A stretch of 64,000 nt of DNA from Candidatus Hermodarchaeota archaeon (lineage in GTDB: Archaea; Asgardarchaeota; Thorarchaeia; Thorarchaeales; Thorarchaeaceae), in assembly GCA_048885865.1 (NCBI GenBank), contig JBHLLF010000002.1, positions 96,001 to 160,000 on the forward strand, in the 5' to 3' direction. Numbering within the stretch: the first letter of the stretch is position 1; each line of letters starts with the position of its first letter. This document shows positions 8,750 through 19,084 of the stretch, piece by piece. The notes under the pieces were generated by a model. It searched no databases, was not told the DNA's origin, and worked only from the letters and a program-made list of their open reading frames with translations. The position numbers were made by a program, and so were the translations under genes.

Positions 8750-10801
8750 ATGAGTTCAAAGGAGAAGAAATCCAAAAAGGCGAAGAAGAAATCTTCCCCT
8801 GGAAAAAAGACTACTACGGATTCAGTCGCTGCTGGAGCCGGAGCAGGGGATATTCGCCAGGGTACCATTGCCAAGTTCATGCGGAAAAGAACTCAGCTAG
8901 TGGGCTTTGAGACTGGTTTAAACAAGCATACCCAATTTGCAATCGAGTTCCTAGATAACGCAATTGACGCAGTGGAAAGCTGGTGGTGGAAGACTGGCAG
9001 ACATCCACGACTTGATGATCAATTGGATCCCAAGTATGTCGAAGAGATTCGAACAAAGCTTGAGGGAACCCTTCATGACTCAATTGCCCTTAGTAAGAAG
9101 CTTGAGAAGGATGTACGAGAGGGCAATGAAGTTGAAATTCCGCCACGACGGAGAGAAACTCTGCAGGACCGCCTTACAGACTTCAGGAAGTTTGTGGTTC
9201 CGTTTCGAGGCATGATTAACAGACGAGAGCCCCTGTGCGTCATTCAACTTACTGAGGTTCAGATGCCTGACCTAGTCCCGCTTGATGATGAAGAGGGATT
9301 CAAAGTCTACGAATTCATATGCTTTGATAATGGAGTAGGCATGGTTTCTTCAGATTTGGAGAAATTTGGAATCTACCTCGCCTCAAGCAAGTCCGAAAAA
9401 CTAAGGCAGACACGAGGCAGTCAGGGATTTGGTGCTCCTTCAGCCTTTAGCGACGCTCAGAATACAACTGGTAAGCCCATATTCACTATATCGAAGCGGT
9501 TCAACGGCAAAGAAGCCACCGTCACCGATTTCTATACAACTACTGCAAACACAAAGGAATATGTAAGTGGCCCAATCGACATGGAGCTTCCGTTTGAGCA
9601 TGGGACCTATATCAAACTCAACTATCTGAATATCCAGTATCGGCGTGGATATGCTGATACCTACTGTGAGATGGCATCATTGCTCAACTCTCACGTGACC
9701 ATTGTTTTCATCGATCCCTACGGGACAGTACACATCTATCCCAGAAGAGTGAAGGACTTTCCTGCTGAGCCGAAGTACGCTCAGCCTCATCCAGCAAGCA
9801 TCCGTATTGGTGAGTTTCAAGACCTACTTAGAGAATCTCCAGAGCCAGATTTGCGAAGCTTCCTAACCAAAGCCTTTGTGAGGTTGAGTGGAAACAAGGC
9901 AAAGACCATTATTGGGAATGCAAACAAGGAATTGCGTAGGCGACATCAGGATACACTAAGCCCTAAGACTCCTACAGACTCGCTCTCAAAGATGGAGATA
10001 GAATTGCTCTACAAGGCATTCTCTGGAGAGGACTACATAGCACCACCAACAGACACAGTAGTCCCAGTTGGAGAAGAGGTATTTGAGCAGACTATCCACA
10101 TGGCTTATGAGCCAGACTTCGCTACAGCAGTTACGAGAAAACCTACCTCTGGAAAAGGCCTCTCTTTTGCTGTTGAGGTGTGTATTGCGTATGGAGGGAG
10201 TATCAAACCCGCAACTTCTGCCCCAATGGTTCTGTGGCGGTTTGTGAACCGTGTTCCAAAGCTCAGAGACAACAGTGACTGCGCAACTTGGAAGGCAACC
10301 ACCTCGGTTAATTGGAAGAACTACAAGGTGCAGACCTTTGACAATGGCATTCCCCGAGGACCCATTATGGTGTTTATTCATGTGGCTGGAGCATACGTTC
10401 ACGTGATGTTCAAGGGACAGAGCAAGCAAGCACTAGCAGAAGATGAGGTGCTGCTACGTGAGATTAAGTTGGCTCTCGAAGATGCAGGTAGAAGATTTAG
10501 ACGCTTCATTACAAGACGTGAAACAGCCAAGCGAAAGGCAAAGCGTGCAGGAATTCTTGCTATGTATGCTGACCAGTTTTCGCAGAGCCTCGCCGCAATC
10601 GCAAATGATGGAAGGAAGAAACCATTGTTTGATGCTGAGATTGTTGCAAGGAAGATTCGTGACTCAATTACCGGGTTTGAAACTGCAGATGACCAAGAGG
10701 AAACTGAAACAGATGCAAGAGGTACTGATCTCGTTGCCGATGTTCCTCTTGGGGATGGCGATGAAGACTTCATTGAAGTATCAGTGGATGGTGGCGATTA
10801 A
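8750..10801 (+). CDS. top6B: DNA topoisomerase VI subunit B (divergent, with insertion in the GHKL domain)
   Basis: GHKL motifs EFLDNAIDA, DNGVGM, TRGSQGFG; PHP motif; RFVNRVP transducer; stop overlaps top6A start. Confidence 0.92.
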   Translation: MSSKEKKSKKAKKKSSPGKKTTTDSVAAGAGAGDIRQGTIAKFMRKRTQLVGFETGLNKHTQFAIEFLDNAIDAVESWWWKTGRHPRLDDQLDPKYVEEIRTKLEGTLHDSIALSKKLEKDVREGNEVEIPPRRRETLQDRLTDFRKFVVPFRGMINRREPLCVIQLTEVQMPDLVPLDDEEGFKVYEFICFDNGVGMVSSDLEKFGIYLASSKSEKLRQTRGSQGFGAPSAFSDAQNTTGKPIFTISKRFNGKEATVTDFYTTTANTKEYVSGPIDMELPFEHGTYIKLNYLNIQYRRGYADTYCEMASLLNSHVTIVFIDPYGTVHIYPRRVKDFPAEPKYAQPHPASIRIGEFQDLLRESPEPDLRSFLTKAFVRLSGNKAKTIIGNANKELRRRHQDTLSPKTPTDSLSKMEIELLYKAFSGEDYIAPPTDTVVPVGEEVFEQTIHMAYEPDFATAVTRKPTSGKGLSFAVEVCIAYGGSIKPATSAPMVLWRFVNRVPKLRDNSDCATWKATTSVNWKNYKVQTFDNGIPRGPIMVFIHVAGAYVHVMFKGQSKQALAEDEVLLREIKLALEDAGRRFRRFITRRETAKRKAKRAGILAMYADQFSQSLAAIANDGRKKPLFDAEIVARKIRDSITGFETADDQEETETDARGTDLVADVPLGDGDEDFIEVSVDGGD

Positions 10802-12954
10802 TGGCTCGCAAAAAGAAGTCCGAGAAGACTGAAACCATCCAAGAAACCCTTGGAGACCTCGTCGAAACCAAGAAGAAGCCAACAAAGAAGACCACGAAGA
10901 AAGCAACCTCCAAGGACTCTAAAAAGCCTGCAAAAGCGGCCGCCAAACCCAAAACCAAGACCAAACGCAAGAAGCCTGCCTCCAAAAAGGAGAAGCCATC
11001 CGAGAAACCCGCAAAGAAGCCTGCCGAAAAACCAGCTGCCGATGTGGCTCTCGAAGAATCTGGACTATCACTGAGGCTCTTGCCTGGTGTAGGTCAGAAA
11101 TTGGAAGAGAGACTCAAAGCCGCAAAGTATGACACAGTTGAGCAGATATCCAAGTCTCGGTCAAAGAGCATGGCAAGTAGGGTTGATGGTCTAAGCTTGT
11201 CAGGCGCCAAGAAACTGATAGATGCGGCAAAAGAATTGCTTAAGGGTGAAGCAAAGGGCGTCGTGATTGAGGAACCTTCGGCTGCCGAGGCCGATGTCGT
11301 TGATGATAGTCCAGAAACTAGACTCAAGCTAACTGATTTGCCCGGAGTTGGTGGAAAACTTGCTAAAGAACTTGAACGTTCCGGCTACAATACAGTGGCA
11401 AGATTGTCACGTTCTAGACCAAGCTCAGTAGCCAAAGTCGTTGACGGGCTAAGTCTAAAGAAGGCAACAACCCTTGTTGATGCTGCTATTGAACTCATCC
11501 GCGAAGCCGAGATGATTGCTATCTCTGAAACCATCGCTCCAAAGCCTGCCCCACCGGATGAGCCAAGGAAGGTGGAGGAACCGCCAGAGGTAAAACCTGA
11601 GAAGAAGGATGAACCAAAGCCTGAGAAGAAGGAACCACCAAAGGAAGCTCCGAAGAAGCCTACGATACCGAAAAAGCCGAAAAAACCTGAAAAGGAACCA
11701 GAAATCGATGTCCCTAAAAAGACAAAAGCGAAGAAGAAGAAGTCTGGTCTCCCCGTTCCCGATGCAGTAAAGGCCCTTGAAAAAGAAATGAAACGGAAGT
11801 GGAAGGCGGCTGAGAAACGCAAGCTCGCAATTGAGGCAGGAGAGCTTCCAGAGGAAGAGATTGAACCTCTGAAAGAAACTGTGGAGGTTGTTGGCCTTAC
11901 TTCTAATCAAACACAAGACACACTCGTGGATGTCGCAATGGAAGTCCTTAATGAGGCCATGTTAACTGGACGACCAGCTTTTGAGATTCCTAGCAGATCA
12001 AGTGATAATATCGTCTGGGATGAAATCAGAGACCTGCTTCTACTGGGGATGAAGACAGTTGCTCGACCCTACCATTCTCTTGCTTCAGTGGTAGATGCCA
12101 CCAGAACCGCAAGGGTCATGGAGATAGTCTTCCAACTCTTGAAGTCCAATCTGCATGCGACTAAACGAGAGGTCTTCTATAGTGATGTCAATCTGTTTCG
12201 TGAGCAAAAGAGGAGTGACAAGATTATCGAGGATGTAGCTTCTATGCTGCACACGACGCGTGACAGCATTCATGTAGTTGCTTCGGCTCGAGGTTCTGCG
12301 ATGGGAAGAGTTGTGATTCGCGATGGTGGTGACACAATTGATCTAACTCGAATGGGAACCGGCGGTTGGGCAATCACTCCCTTCTTGGATCAAGTTGAGA
12401 TTTTAGAGAGCGATGCCGAGTTCATACTGCTCTCTGAGAAAGATGCAGCAGTTATGCGATTGGCAGAGGCAAAGTATTGGAATAGGCAGCCATGCATAGT
12501 ATTGACAGGAAAAGGTTCAGGTGACATTGCAACTCGTGCCTTCCTACGTATGCTGGTGAAGGAACTGGAGATTCCCGCGTTCGCCTTAGTCGACTCAGAT
12601 CCTTATGGGCATTACATATACTCCGTCTTTCTGCGAGGTAGCAAGAGACTAAGCTATGAGTCTCCCTTCATTGCCACTCCTGAGTTGAAGCTTCTAGGCG
12701 TCCTGAGTCGTGACCTTGAGGAATATAACATTCCAAAATCTGTCAGGATACCAATGGAGCCAACTGACATCAAACGTGTCAGGGACATGCTCAACGAACC
12801 ATTCGTGCAGGCAAACAAAGCATGGGTGAAAGACCTGAAACTCATGTTAAAGCTCAAGGAGAAAGCAGAGATTCAGGCATTCGCGAGCCACAGCTTCGAG
12901 TACCTCACTGATGACTATTTGCCTCGCAAGCTAGAAACAGGGGATTGGATTTAA
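10801..12954 (+). CDS. top6A: DNA topoisomerase VI subunit A (Spo11 family) with a ~360-aa N-terminal extension (Lys-rich, 2x HhH, Pro/Glu/Lys linker)
   Basis: KREVFY catalytic Tyr, SEKDA and DSDPYG Toprim motifs, KAEIQAF C-terminal motif. Confidence 0.93.
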   Translation: MARKKKSEKTETIQETLGDLVETKKKPTKKTTKKATSKDSKKPAKAAAKPKTKTKRKKPASKKEKPSEKPAKKPAEKPAADVALEESGLSLRLLPGVGQKLEERLKAAKYDTVEQISKSRSKSMASRVDGLSLSGAKKLIDAAKELLKGEAKGVVIEEPSAAEADVVDDSPETRLKLTDLPGVGGKLAKELERSGYNTVARLSRSRPSSVAKVVDGLSLKKATTLVDAAIELIREAEMIAISETIAPKPAPPDEPRKVEEPPEVKPEKKDEPKPEKKEPPKEAPKKPTIPKKPKKPEKEPEIDVPKKTKAKKKKSGLPVPDAVKALEKEMKRKWKAAEKRKLAIEAGELPEEEIEPLKETVEVVGLTSNQTQDTLVDVAMEVLNEAMLTGRPAFEIPSRSSDNIVWDEIRDLLLLGMKTVARPYHSLASVVDATRTARVMEIVFQLLKSNLHATKREVFYSDVNLFREQKRSDKIIEDVASMLHTTRDSIHVVASARGSAMGRVVIRDGGDTIDLTRMGTGGWAITPFLDQVEILESDAEFILLSEKDAAVMRLAEAKYWNRQPCIVLTGKGSGDIATRAFLRMLVKELEIPAFALVDSDPYGHYIYSVFLRGSKRLSYESPFIATPELKLLGVLSRDLEEYNIPKSVRIPMEPTDIKRVRDMLNEPFVQANKAWVKDLKLMLKLKEKAEIQAFASHSFEYLTDDYLPRKLETGDWI

Positions 12955-13029
12955 TTTCTAGCTTACTCATCAGTTCCCATTTGAAAAAAGGCATAAGGGA
13001 CAATATCATGGCGAAGCCACATCACTATA

Positions 13030-13962
13030 GTGAATTATGGAGGAATCTTGTTGGTTGTGTCAGACATTGGCATAGAAGTCATTGATGGTCATGCTCATTT
13101 CATCACTTACAACACTGTTAAGGAGTGGTTCTCAGACCCGGAGGTTCTCGAAAGAGCTAGACAACGAGTCAGCTTTCAAACAGACATGCAGGAGTTCACT
13201 CTGCCCGATGAGCCCTGGGACACTGGGGAGCTTTGGATAAAAGAGCTTGACAAGTATGGAATCTCAGCTATAGGCATGATGATCGGTCCTGAGAGTTGGA
13301 ACGAGTTTCTTGCTGCACGCAACAAGCATCCTGGTCGATTCATGGGATACGCAAATGTCAATCCTGCTTTGGAAGATGCTGTTGAAACCGTTAAGCGTGC
13401 GGGAAGAGATGGCTTCCAGGGCATTAAGCTATATCCAAGTGCGTGGAACTTCCATGTTTACGATGATCGCGTCTATCCGATCTACGAGGAGGCTCTCCGG
13501 CAGAAACTACTGGTTATTCTTCATTTTGGAATTACGATTGGCAATCAAGCTAATCTTCGATACGGAAATCCTCTTGATATTCAGAAGCCTGCACAAGACT
13601 TTCCTGAACTCAACTTCATGATTGCTCATTTTGGAGCTGGCTTCTTTCGAGAGGTACTGATGCTGTTTTATCAGACACATAATGTAGTTGTTGACTCAAG
13701 TGGCAGTAATATGTGGATGACTTATCTTCCATATGACCTGACTATAACAAAGATTTACGAAAAGGCGATGAAAGCCGGAGGATCCTGCAGAATTGTATTT
13801 GGAACTGACTCTTCGTTCTTCCCTAGAGGATTTCGTTATAACATCCTGGAGGAGCAGTATAATGCAGTCAAGTCCCTCTGTCCCCAATTATGTTACACAG
13901 AAGAAGATGTGGATTTGATATTTCGCGGAAACATATTGCGACTTACAGGTTTCAAACCATAG
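13030..13962 (+). CDS. Amidohydrolase family protein (Amidohydro_2, TIM barrel)
   Basis: IDGHAH, GIKLYP, ILHFG, IAHFG, FGTDS metal motifs. Confidence 0.88.
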   Translation: MNYGGILLVVSDIGIEVIDGHAHFITYNTVKEWFSDPEVLERARQRVSFQTDMQEFTLPDEPWDTGELWIKELDKYGISAIGMMIGPESWNEFLAARNKHPGRFMGYANVNPALEDAVETVKRAGRDGFQGIKLYPSAWNFHVYDDRVYPIYEEALRQKLLVILHFGITIGNQANLRYGNPLDIQKPAQDFPELNFMIAHFGAGFFREVLMLFYQTHNVVVDSSGSNMWMTYLPYDLTITKIYEKAMKAGGSCRIVFGTDSSFFPRGFRYNILEEQYNAVKSLCPQLCYTEEDVDLIFRGNILRLTGFKP

Positions 13963-15195
13963 CTAGGCCTTTCGAATCTTCTTATCTAGGCCTTTGAGCC
14001 TCTTGCTGTCCTCGCCCTCTCGATATCTTTGCGCAGCTTCTTGATACTTTGTGAGTGCCTTTCGTGTCTGACCAGCCTTTACTAGTTCATCCCCCTCATC
14101 CTCAAGGACCTTCCCCCATTCAACATAGCAGTCACGGACCTTTTCCGAGCACTTCGCTCTCTTCTTGGCATCTGTTGAAAACATGTATAATTCTCTGGCC
14201 TTTCGGAATTGAACAATCGCCCATTCGTACTCATTTGATTTTCTATGATTCTCAGCCTGTTCAAAGTGATCGTTGGCCATCGCATCGTAGCCTTCATCGA
14301 TCATCTTGGTGGCATCGGCAATAGCTTTCTCATTGGCAGCTCTCTCAAAGAGCTTCTTAGCCATCTCAAATGTTTCAATTGCAGGCTCGAATTCTTTAGC
14401 TTCCAGTTTCCTAAAACCGTCTTCCATTCTTGCTTTGCCCATCGCTTCGTAGACATAGCCGGGATACTCAAACCCGTCACCAGATATGGAGAAACCACAA
14501 TTAGGACACTCCGGTGTATCAAGCTCAGGCATTGGAGTCGTCACTGCAATCTTCTTGGGCGTTCCAACAACAGTGTCAATGAAATCCTTTGAGGTTACGC
14601 CTCTCCCGCCAGGGAACAGGTGAGTGACTGCATCTCTCGTAGGATTGTCTTTACCTTCAGGAAACAGATGGTCAAAGACCTCTACCGGGTGGACTTCCAT
14701 CTCTTCCGACATTACTCGAGGTGGTGAAACCTCTTTGAATGGCATTCCTACCTTTATCTCGGGGTCCATCCCCTCAACTTCCCAGCTCAAATCAGAGCTA
14801 CTTCCTGCGGTTTCTTCAGGTACACTATCAGGAACTGGCTCTGGCGCAGCTGCTTCTTCGGTGGTTGATTCAACCAGCTTCTCATCAACTTCCCAGGACA
14901 GGTCTTCATTAGTGGATTTCGGTGCCGCTGATGGTGGAGCTTCTTCTACTACCGGCGCATCAACATCTGGGAGCTCAGTGTCTGGCAAGATTTCTAGCTC
15001 TGCGGGGGGCTCGCCAAGGTCTGGAACGTCATCGAGTTCAGAAACCTCTGGTAGAACATCCTTGCTTGCTTCTGAGGTCGTAGGTACATGTCCATTTGGT
15101 AGTCTGTTTCCACAACCCATACAGAAGGTTGAGCCCCTACGACTGCGTCTTCCACATTCCGGACATTCGACACTTCCTTCCATAATTCTACCCAC
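13963..15195 (-). CDS. Zinc-ribbon, acidic low-complexity and TPR/SNAP-like helical repeat protein
   Basis: CPECG..CMGCG N-terminus, Pro/Glu-rich middle, CPNCG, then A-x-x-x-F/Y-x-x-A helical repeats. Confidence 0.75.
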   Translation of the reverse strand: MGRIMEGSVECPECGRRSRRGSTFCMGCGNRLPNGHVPTTSEASKDVLPEVSELDDVPDLGEPPAELEILPDTELPDVDAPVVEEAPPSAAPKSTNEDLSWEVDEKLVESTTEEAAAPEPVPDSVPEETAGSSSDLSWEVEGMDPEIKVGMPFKEVSPPRVMSEEMEVHPVEVFDHLFPEGKDNPTRDAVTHLFPGGRGVTSKDFIDTVVGTPKKIAVTTPMPELDTPECPNCGFSISGDGFEYPGYVYEAMGKARMEDGFRKLEAKEFEPAIETFEMAKKLFERAANEKAIADATKMIDEGYDAMANDHFEQAENHRKSNEYEWAIVQFRKARELYMFSTDAKKRAKCSEKVRDCYVEWGKVLEDEGDELVKAGQTRKALTKYQEAAQRYREGEDSKRLKGLDKKIRKA

Positions 15196-15289
15196 TGAGT
15201 CTTTATCCTACAGATTTGCGCAGTCAAGTCTGTTTTGACACTGTTGGGGTATCGCCAGTCCATATGAACAATCCTCGTACGGTTCAGGG

Positions 15290-15919
15290 TCAAACGTACA
15301 ATAGCCAATATGTAGGCAATGTAATCAAGATTCCAACCAAGACGCCCGCGATGGCTTGGGCTAGACTATGCTGTTTGAGCACAGTCCGTGACCAGATAAC
15401 TGCAGTCCAAAGAATAATGATAGGCCACGCAATCCATCCATACACAATAAGAAGTGCCGTCCCAGGGCCGCCAACACCAGCCCCATGTACCGACACCTTG
15501 GACTTGAGCGTGGTAATCATAATTCCAGAAGTAACAGTAAAATAGGCAGCTGAAAGCGTAGCGAGAATGAGACATTCAGCAAGTGAGAAGATTACATACA
15601 CTATACCATAGCATAGGAGAGAGAATACGAAAAACCTAGCCCTGGTTTCTCGTGAAGAAACATCCAGATCAACATGACCTCGCCAAGCAGATAGAATGAT
15701 TGGCACAATTGGAAGAACAACCATACCAGGAATGAGAATAAGAATGGCTGTTGTGGAATTGAGCACGGGACCAAGGCCTATTGGCGAAGAATACACCATA
15801 ATTAACCCGACATAAAGGTTGATGAGGGGTGCCGGCGTCAGTCTTGAGATTACTCTTGCAACCTGAACGCCGGCTCCAGCAATGTCAAGGCTCTCGTCGT
15901 TGTATCTCAGCGTACTCAT
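15290..15919 (-). CDS. PAP2-like membrane protein
   Basis: ~6 TM; KVSVH and WSRTVLKQHSLAQAIAG resemble the PAP2 C2/C3 motifs. Confidence 0.7.
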   Translation of the reverse strand: MSTLRYNDESLDIAGAGVQVARVISRLTPAPLINLYVGLIMVYSSPIGLGPVLNSTTAILILIPGMVVLPIVPIILSAWRGHVDLDVSSRETRARFFVFSLLCYGIVYVIFSLAECLILATLSAAYFTVTSGIMITTLKSKVSVHGAGVGGPGTALLIVYGWIAWPIIILWTAVIWSRTVLKQHSLAQAIAGVLVGILITLPTYWLLYV

Positions 15920-16013
15920 TGGTGAGGTTTAGTCCAATAGTCACCATCTTCAATGTTTTCATCCGCTGTTTTCACGAGGAATATCTCCTCTCTTAGTGAT
16001 ACATCATTCGTGC

Positions 16014-18488
16014 TCAGTCATCATCTCTCAATTCAGGTTTGAGTGTATATGCCTTCTCCAGAGCATTTTGTCCCTCTTTCTCACGACCCAACTTAATAAG
16101 AAGGTCACCCAAGCCCTTCCAGCCATCCGCAAACTCCGGGTCCATCTCAATAGATTTTCGGAAGTGCTTCTCAGCGTCTGCAGGGTTTGGTGAGTATGTA
16201 AGGACAGTCCCCCAACTCTCATAGATTGTAGGCTTGTCAGGTTCCATCTCAAGTGCTTTACGAATGTGTTCTTCGCCTTCCTTCCATCTACCTGCTCTTG
16301 CTTTTGTTTCTGCTAGTGCAAGCTGAGCTTGGAACAGGTTGGGATTTTCCTGCCGAATCTCCTCGAAGGTACGGATCGCTTTATCATATTCTTCCTTCTC
16401 AATGGCAATCATTCCCATTCCAAACTTCCATAGGAAATGGTGAGGAATCATTTTCCTGAGTTCCTGCATGGCAATATGAGCTTCATCGAAATCTTTCTTC
16501 TCAGCTTTTTTGGTTCCATAGTTGAAGAGGGCAAAGGGATCCGTGGGTCTTGTATGTCCGGACCTCTTCCTTTCAAGGACCAACTCCAATCCTCTCTTTG
16601 AGTTTGGGTCATCTGGCTTAATCTCAATTGCCTTCCGCATCATCTCTTCTGCTTCATCAAGCCGTCCCTGTTGTAGATACACCTCGCCACGAGCCCCCCA
16701 AGCCCAAGCGAATTCGGGATCTATTTCCACTGCACGTATATAGGCACTCTCGGCCAAATCAAGATGACTGGTTCTCAAGGCCGTCTGGCCAAGCATATAC
16801 CACCCCTCACTGTTGTCGGGTGCAATCTCAGTCAATCGCTTGTATGTTTGTCTTGCCTCTCCGTATCTATCTGATTTCCAATATGCAACACCAAGATTAC
16901 TCCAGGCCTTCTCATATTCTGGGTCTTTAGAGATTGACTCGTTTAGCGCTTCAATAGCCTCATCATAGCGATCTTCTTCAGCTAGGAGCCCCCCAAGCGT
17001 ATTCCACTCCTTGGAGGATAAGGAATCAATGTCGAGAGCTTTGCGAATTGCATCGATTGCATCATTCCTTCGATTGAGATTGAGAAAGGATATCCCCATG
17101 TTATACCAGGCTTCTGCAAATCGAGGTCTTGATTCCACAACTCTACGGTATGTATCGATCGCTGTTCTGTAATCTCCAGCTTCACGGAGGCGTTCAGCCT
17201 CCTTGTATAACTCCTTTATTTCAGGTGGATGGAATAAGCGTTCAACAACAGCAGCCATAGCCTTTCCCAAAATCTCGGGTGGAATGTCAGAATCAGATCC
17301 CGTGATTTGATTAACTAGTACCTGCAATTCAGGTTTGAGTTGCAAGGCACGACCCAAAGCGCTCAATGACTCCTCTCGCTCTCCACTCCTTCTGAGAGAT
17401 AATGAAAGGTTCATCCATGCTTCAGCAAGCTCTGGTGCTAATTGAGTAGCACGACGTGAAGCCTGAATTGCCTCTTGTATATCTGTATCACTTTCAGCGA
17501 GTGACCCTAGAAGAAGAACAGCAATATTATTCCAAGCAGCGGCATTGCTATCTCTGAGAGTAACTTCTCTTTGAAACGCGTCAAACGCACCTTGGAAATC
17601 GGTTTGCGCAATGCGAACATTGCCAAGATGAAACCAGGCATAGGGATACGCGTCATCAATCTCAAGCACTCTTTGGAGTGAATTCTCAGCAGTATTGCTT
17701 TCGCCACGATCTATCGCCCATAGAGCAACCCTCATCCAGTGTTCTGGCTTATTCGTTTTCTGCGCAAGCTTCTCAACCTCCTCGAACTCTAGAGGAGAGA
17801 TAAATCTACGAGAGAGTAGGAGTGCACCCCGATGCTTCTCCGCAATCATGGATTCGCGATAAGTACCAGGCATGCTATCAACAAACCACGATAACCCACC
17901 AAGCCTGAGAAATTCCTTTGTCGATTGGTACTGCTGCTCAAGTTCCTTCATACTCTTGAACATTCGACCTGAGTATCCTCTATCAAGAGCATCACCAGCC
18001 TCAGTTTCTCGACCTGTTTTTGAGTATATAGATGCCAGGTTAATCCAAGCTGGTTCGTAGGAGGGATCAATCTGAACTGCCCTGTCAAAAGCTTTCTCAG
18101 CTTCCACCATATCATCGGCACTAGAATGAACCACTCCCAATGCATGCCATACCTCTGCTGAGTCTGGAAGATGACCGACACCGCGCTCGAGCATCTTCTT
18201 TGCATCAATGACCCCATCAGTAAATAATGTGGCAAAGGCAAGATTGATCCATGCCTCTGGCATAGTAATGCCATCAGGAAGTTCTGTCGATTTAGTCAAA
18301 GATTCCTTTGCTTTTTCGTATTCTCCAAGTTCTGCCTGAACGACACCCAGGTTGTACCATGATAAAGCTACAGTATTGTCAAGGTCTACAGCTTTCTGGA
18401 GGTCTACCTCTGCACCCTTCAGGTCTCTGCGGTCTGCCTTCGATATTCCGTCAATTAGAAGTTGTACTATCTCATCAAGTAAGCCCAT
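16014..18488 (-). CDS. Large tetratricopeptide repeat protein
   Basis: Many 34-aa repeats (AWYNLG, AWSNLG, AWMNL...); ORF extends to 18545, ATG 18488 is the likelier start. Confidence 0.92.
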   Translation of the reverse strand: MGLLDEIVQLLIDGISKADRRDLKGAEVDLQKAVDLDNTVALSWYNLGVVQAELGEYEKAKESLTKSTELPDGITMPEAWINLAFATLFTDGVIDAKKMLERGVGHLPDSAEVWHALGVVHSSADDMVEAEKAFDRAVQIDPSYEPAWINLASIYSKTGRETEAGDALDRGYSGRMFKSMKELEQQYQSTKEFLRLGGLSWFVDSMPGTYRESMIAEKHRGALLLSRRFISPLEFEEVEKLAQKTNKPEHWMRVALWAIDRGESNTAENSLQRVLEIDDAYPYAWFHLGNVRIAQTDFQGAFDAFQREVTLRDSNAAAWNNIAVLLLGSLAESDTDIQEAIQASRRATQLAPELAEAWMNLSLSLRRSGEREESLSALGRALQLKPELQVLVNQITGSDSDIPPEILGKAMAAVVERLFHPPEIKELYKEAERLREAGDYRTAIDTYRRVVESRPRFAEAWYNMGISFLNLNRRNDAIDAIRKALDIDSLSSKEWNTLGGLLAEEDRYDEAIEALNESISKDPEYEKAWSNLGVAYWKSDRYGEARQTYKRLTEIAPDNSEGWYMLGQTALRTSHLDLAESAYIRAVEIDPEFAWAWGARGEVYLQQGRLDEAEEMMRKAIEIKPDDPNSKRGLELVLERKRSGHTRPTDPFALFNYGTKKAEKKDFDEAHIAMQELRKMIPHHFLWKFGMGMIAIEKEEYDKAIRTFEEIRQENPNLFQAQLALAETKARAGRWKEGEEHIRKALEMEPDKPTIYESWGTVLTYSPNPADAEKHFRKSIEMDPEFADGWKGLGDLLIKLGREKEGQNALEKAYTLKPELRDDD

Positions 18489-18705
18489 CACTTTTCCCCA
18501 GAGTTTTGGGGGTGAAAGGCTGTAATAAATCCATATTGCTCTCATTCAACATATCTTTCGTGTCATAATCAATAAAATTGAACGGGTTCTCTCCAGATTG
18601 ATATGTCTTAATTGGAAGGGGCTTGTCACGACAACCCTTATTTTCTCCTAACAACAGGATTTGACGGTAAGGGATACTGAGAAACTCCTTTGGATGGTAA
18701 GAACT

Positions 18706-19014
18706 ATGACAGCTGTTCCAAAACGCGAAGTCTTCGAACGCATTATCCAAAATATAACAAGCAAGTTCCCAGATGTCTATGCAGCTCTGTTTATCAGTCC
18801 CGAGGGATTTCCAATCAACTCATGGGGGGTTTCTCTGGAGAGAGCTGAGGAGATATCCGCATTACTTAGTGCACTGATTGGAAAGACAAAGGAAATAATC
18901 CGCCAAGTGAAACAGGGCGGCGACATGCAGTTCATCCAAATCCAATCAAGTTTGGGCGGAATCCGCATAGCCCCGATGGAGGAGTTCATTCTCGTCACTA
19001 TGACTAGGTCATAA
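18706..19014 (+). CDS. Roadblock/LC7 domain protein
   Basis: ~100 aa; AALFISPEGFPI..S, EISALLSAL, terminal beta strands typical of Roadblock. Confidence 0.8.
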   Translation: MTAVPKREVFERIIQNITSKFPDVYAALFISPEGFPINSWGVSLERAEEISALLSALIGKTKEIIRQVKQGGDMQFIQIQSSLGGIRIAPMEEFILVTMTRS

Positions 19015-19084
19015 TTAGAGTACAATGTTACTCTGATGAAGAAGTTAATTAATAAGCGCACATCTTGTCTATCTGTGCACGCCC

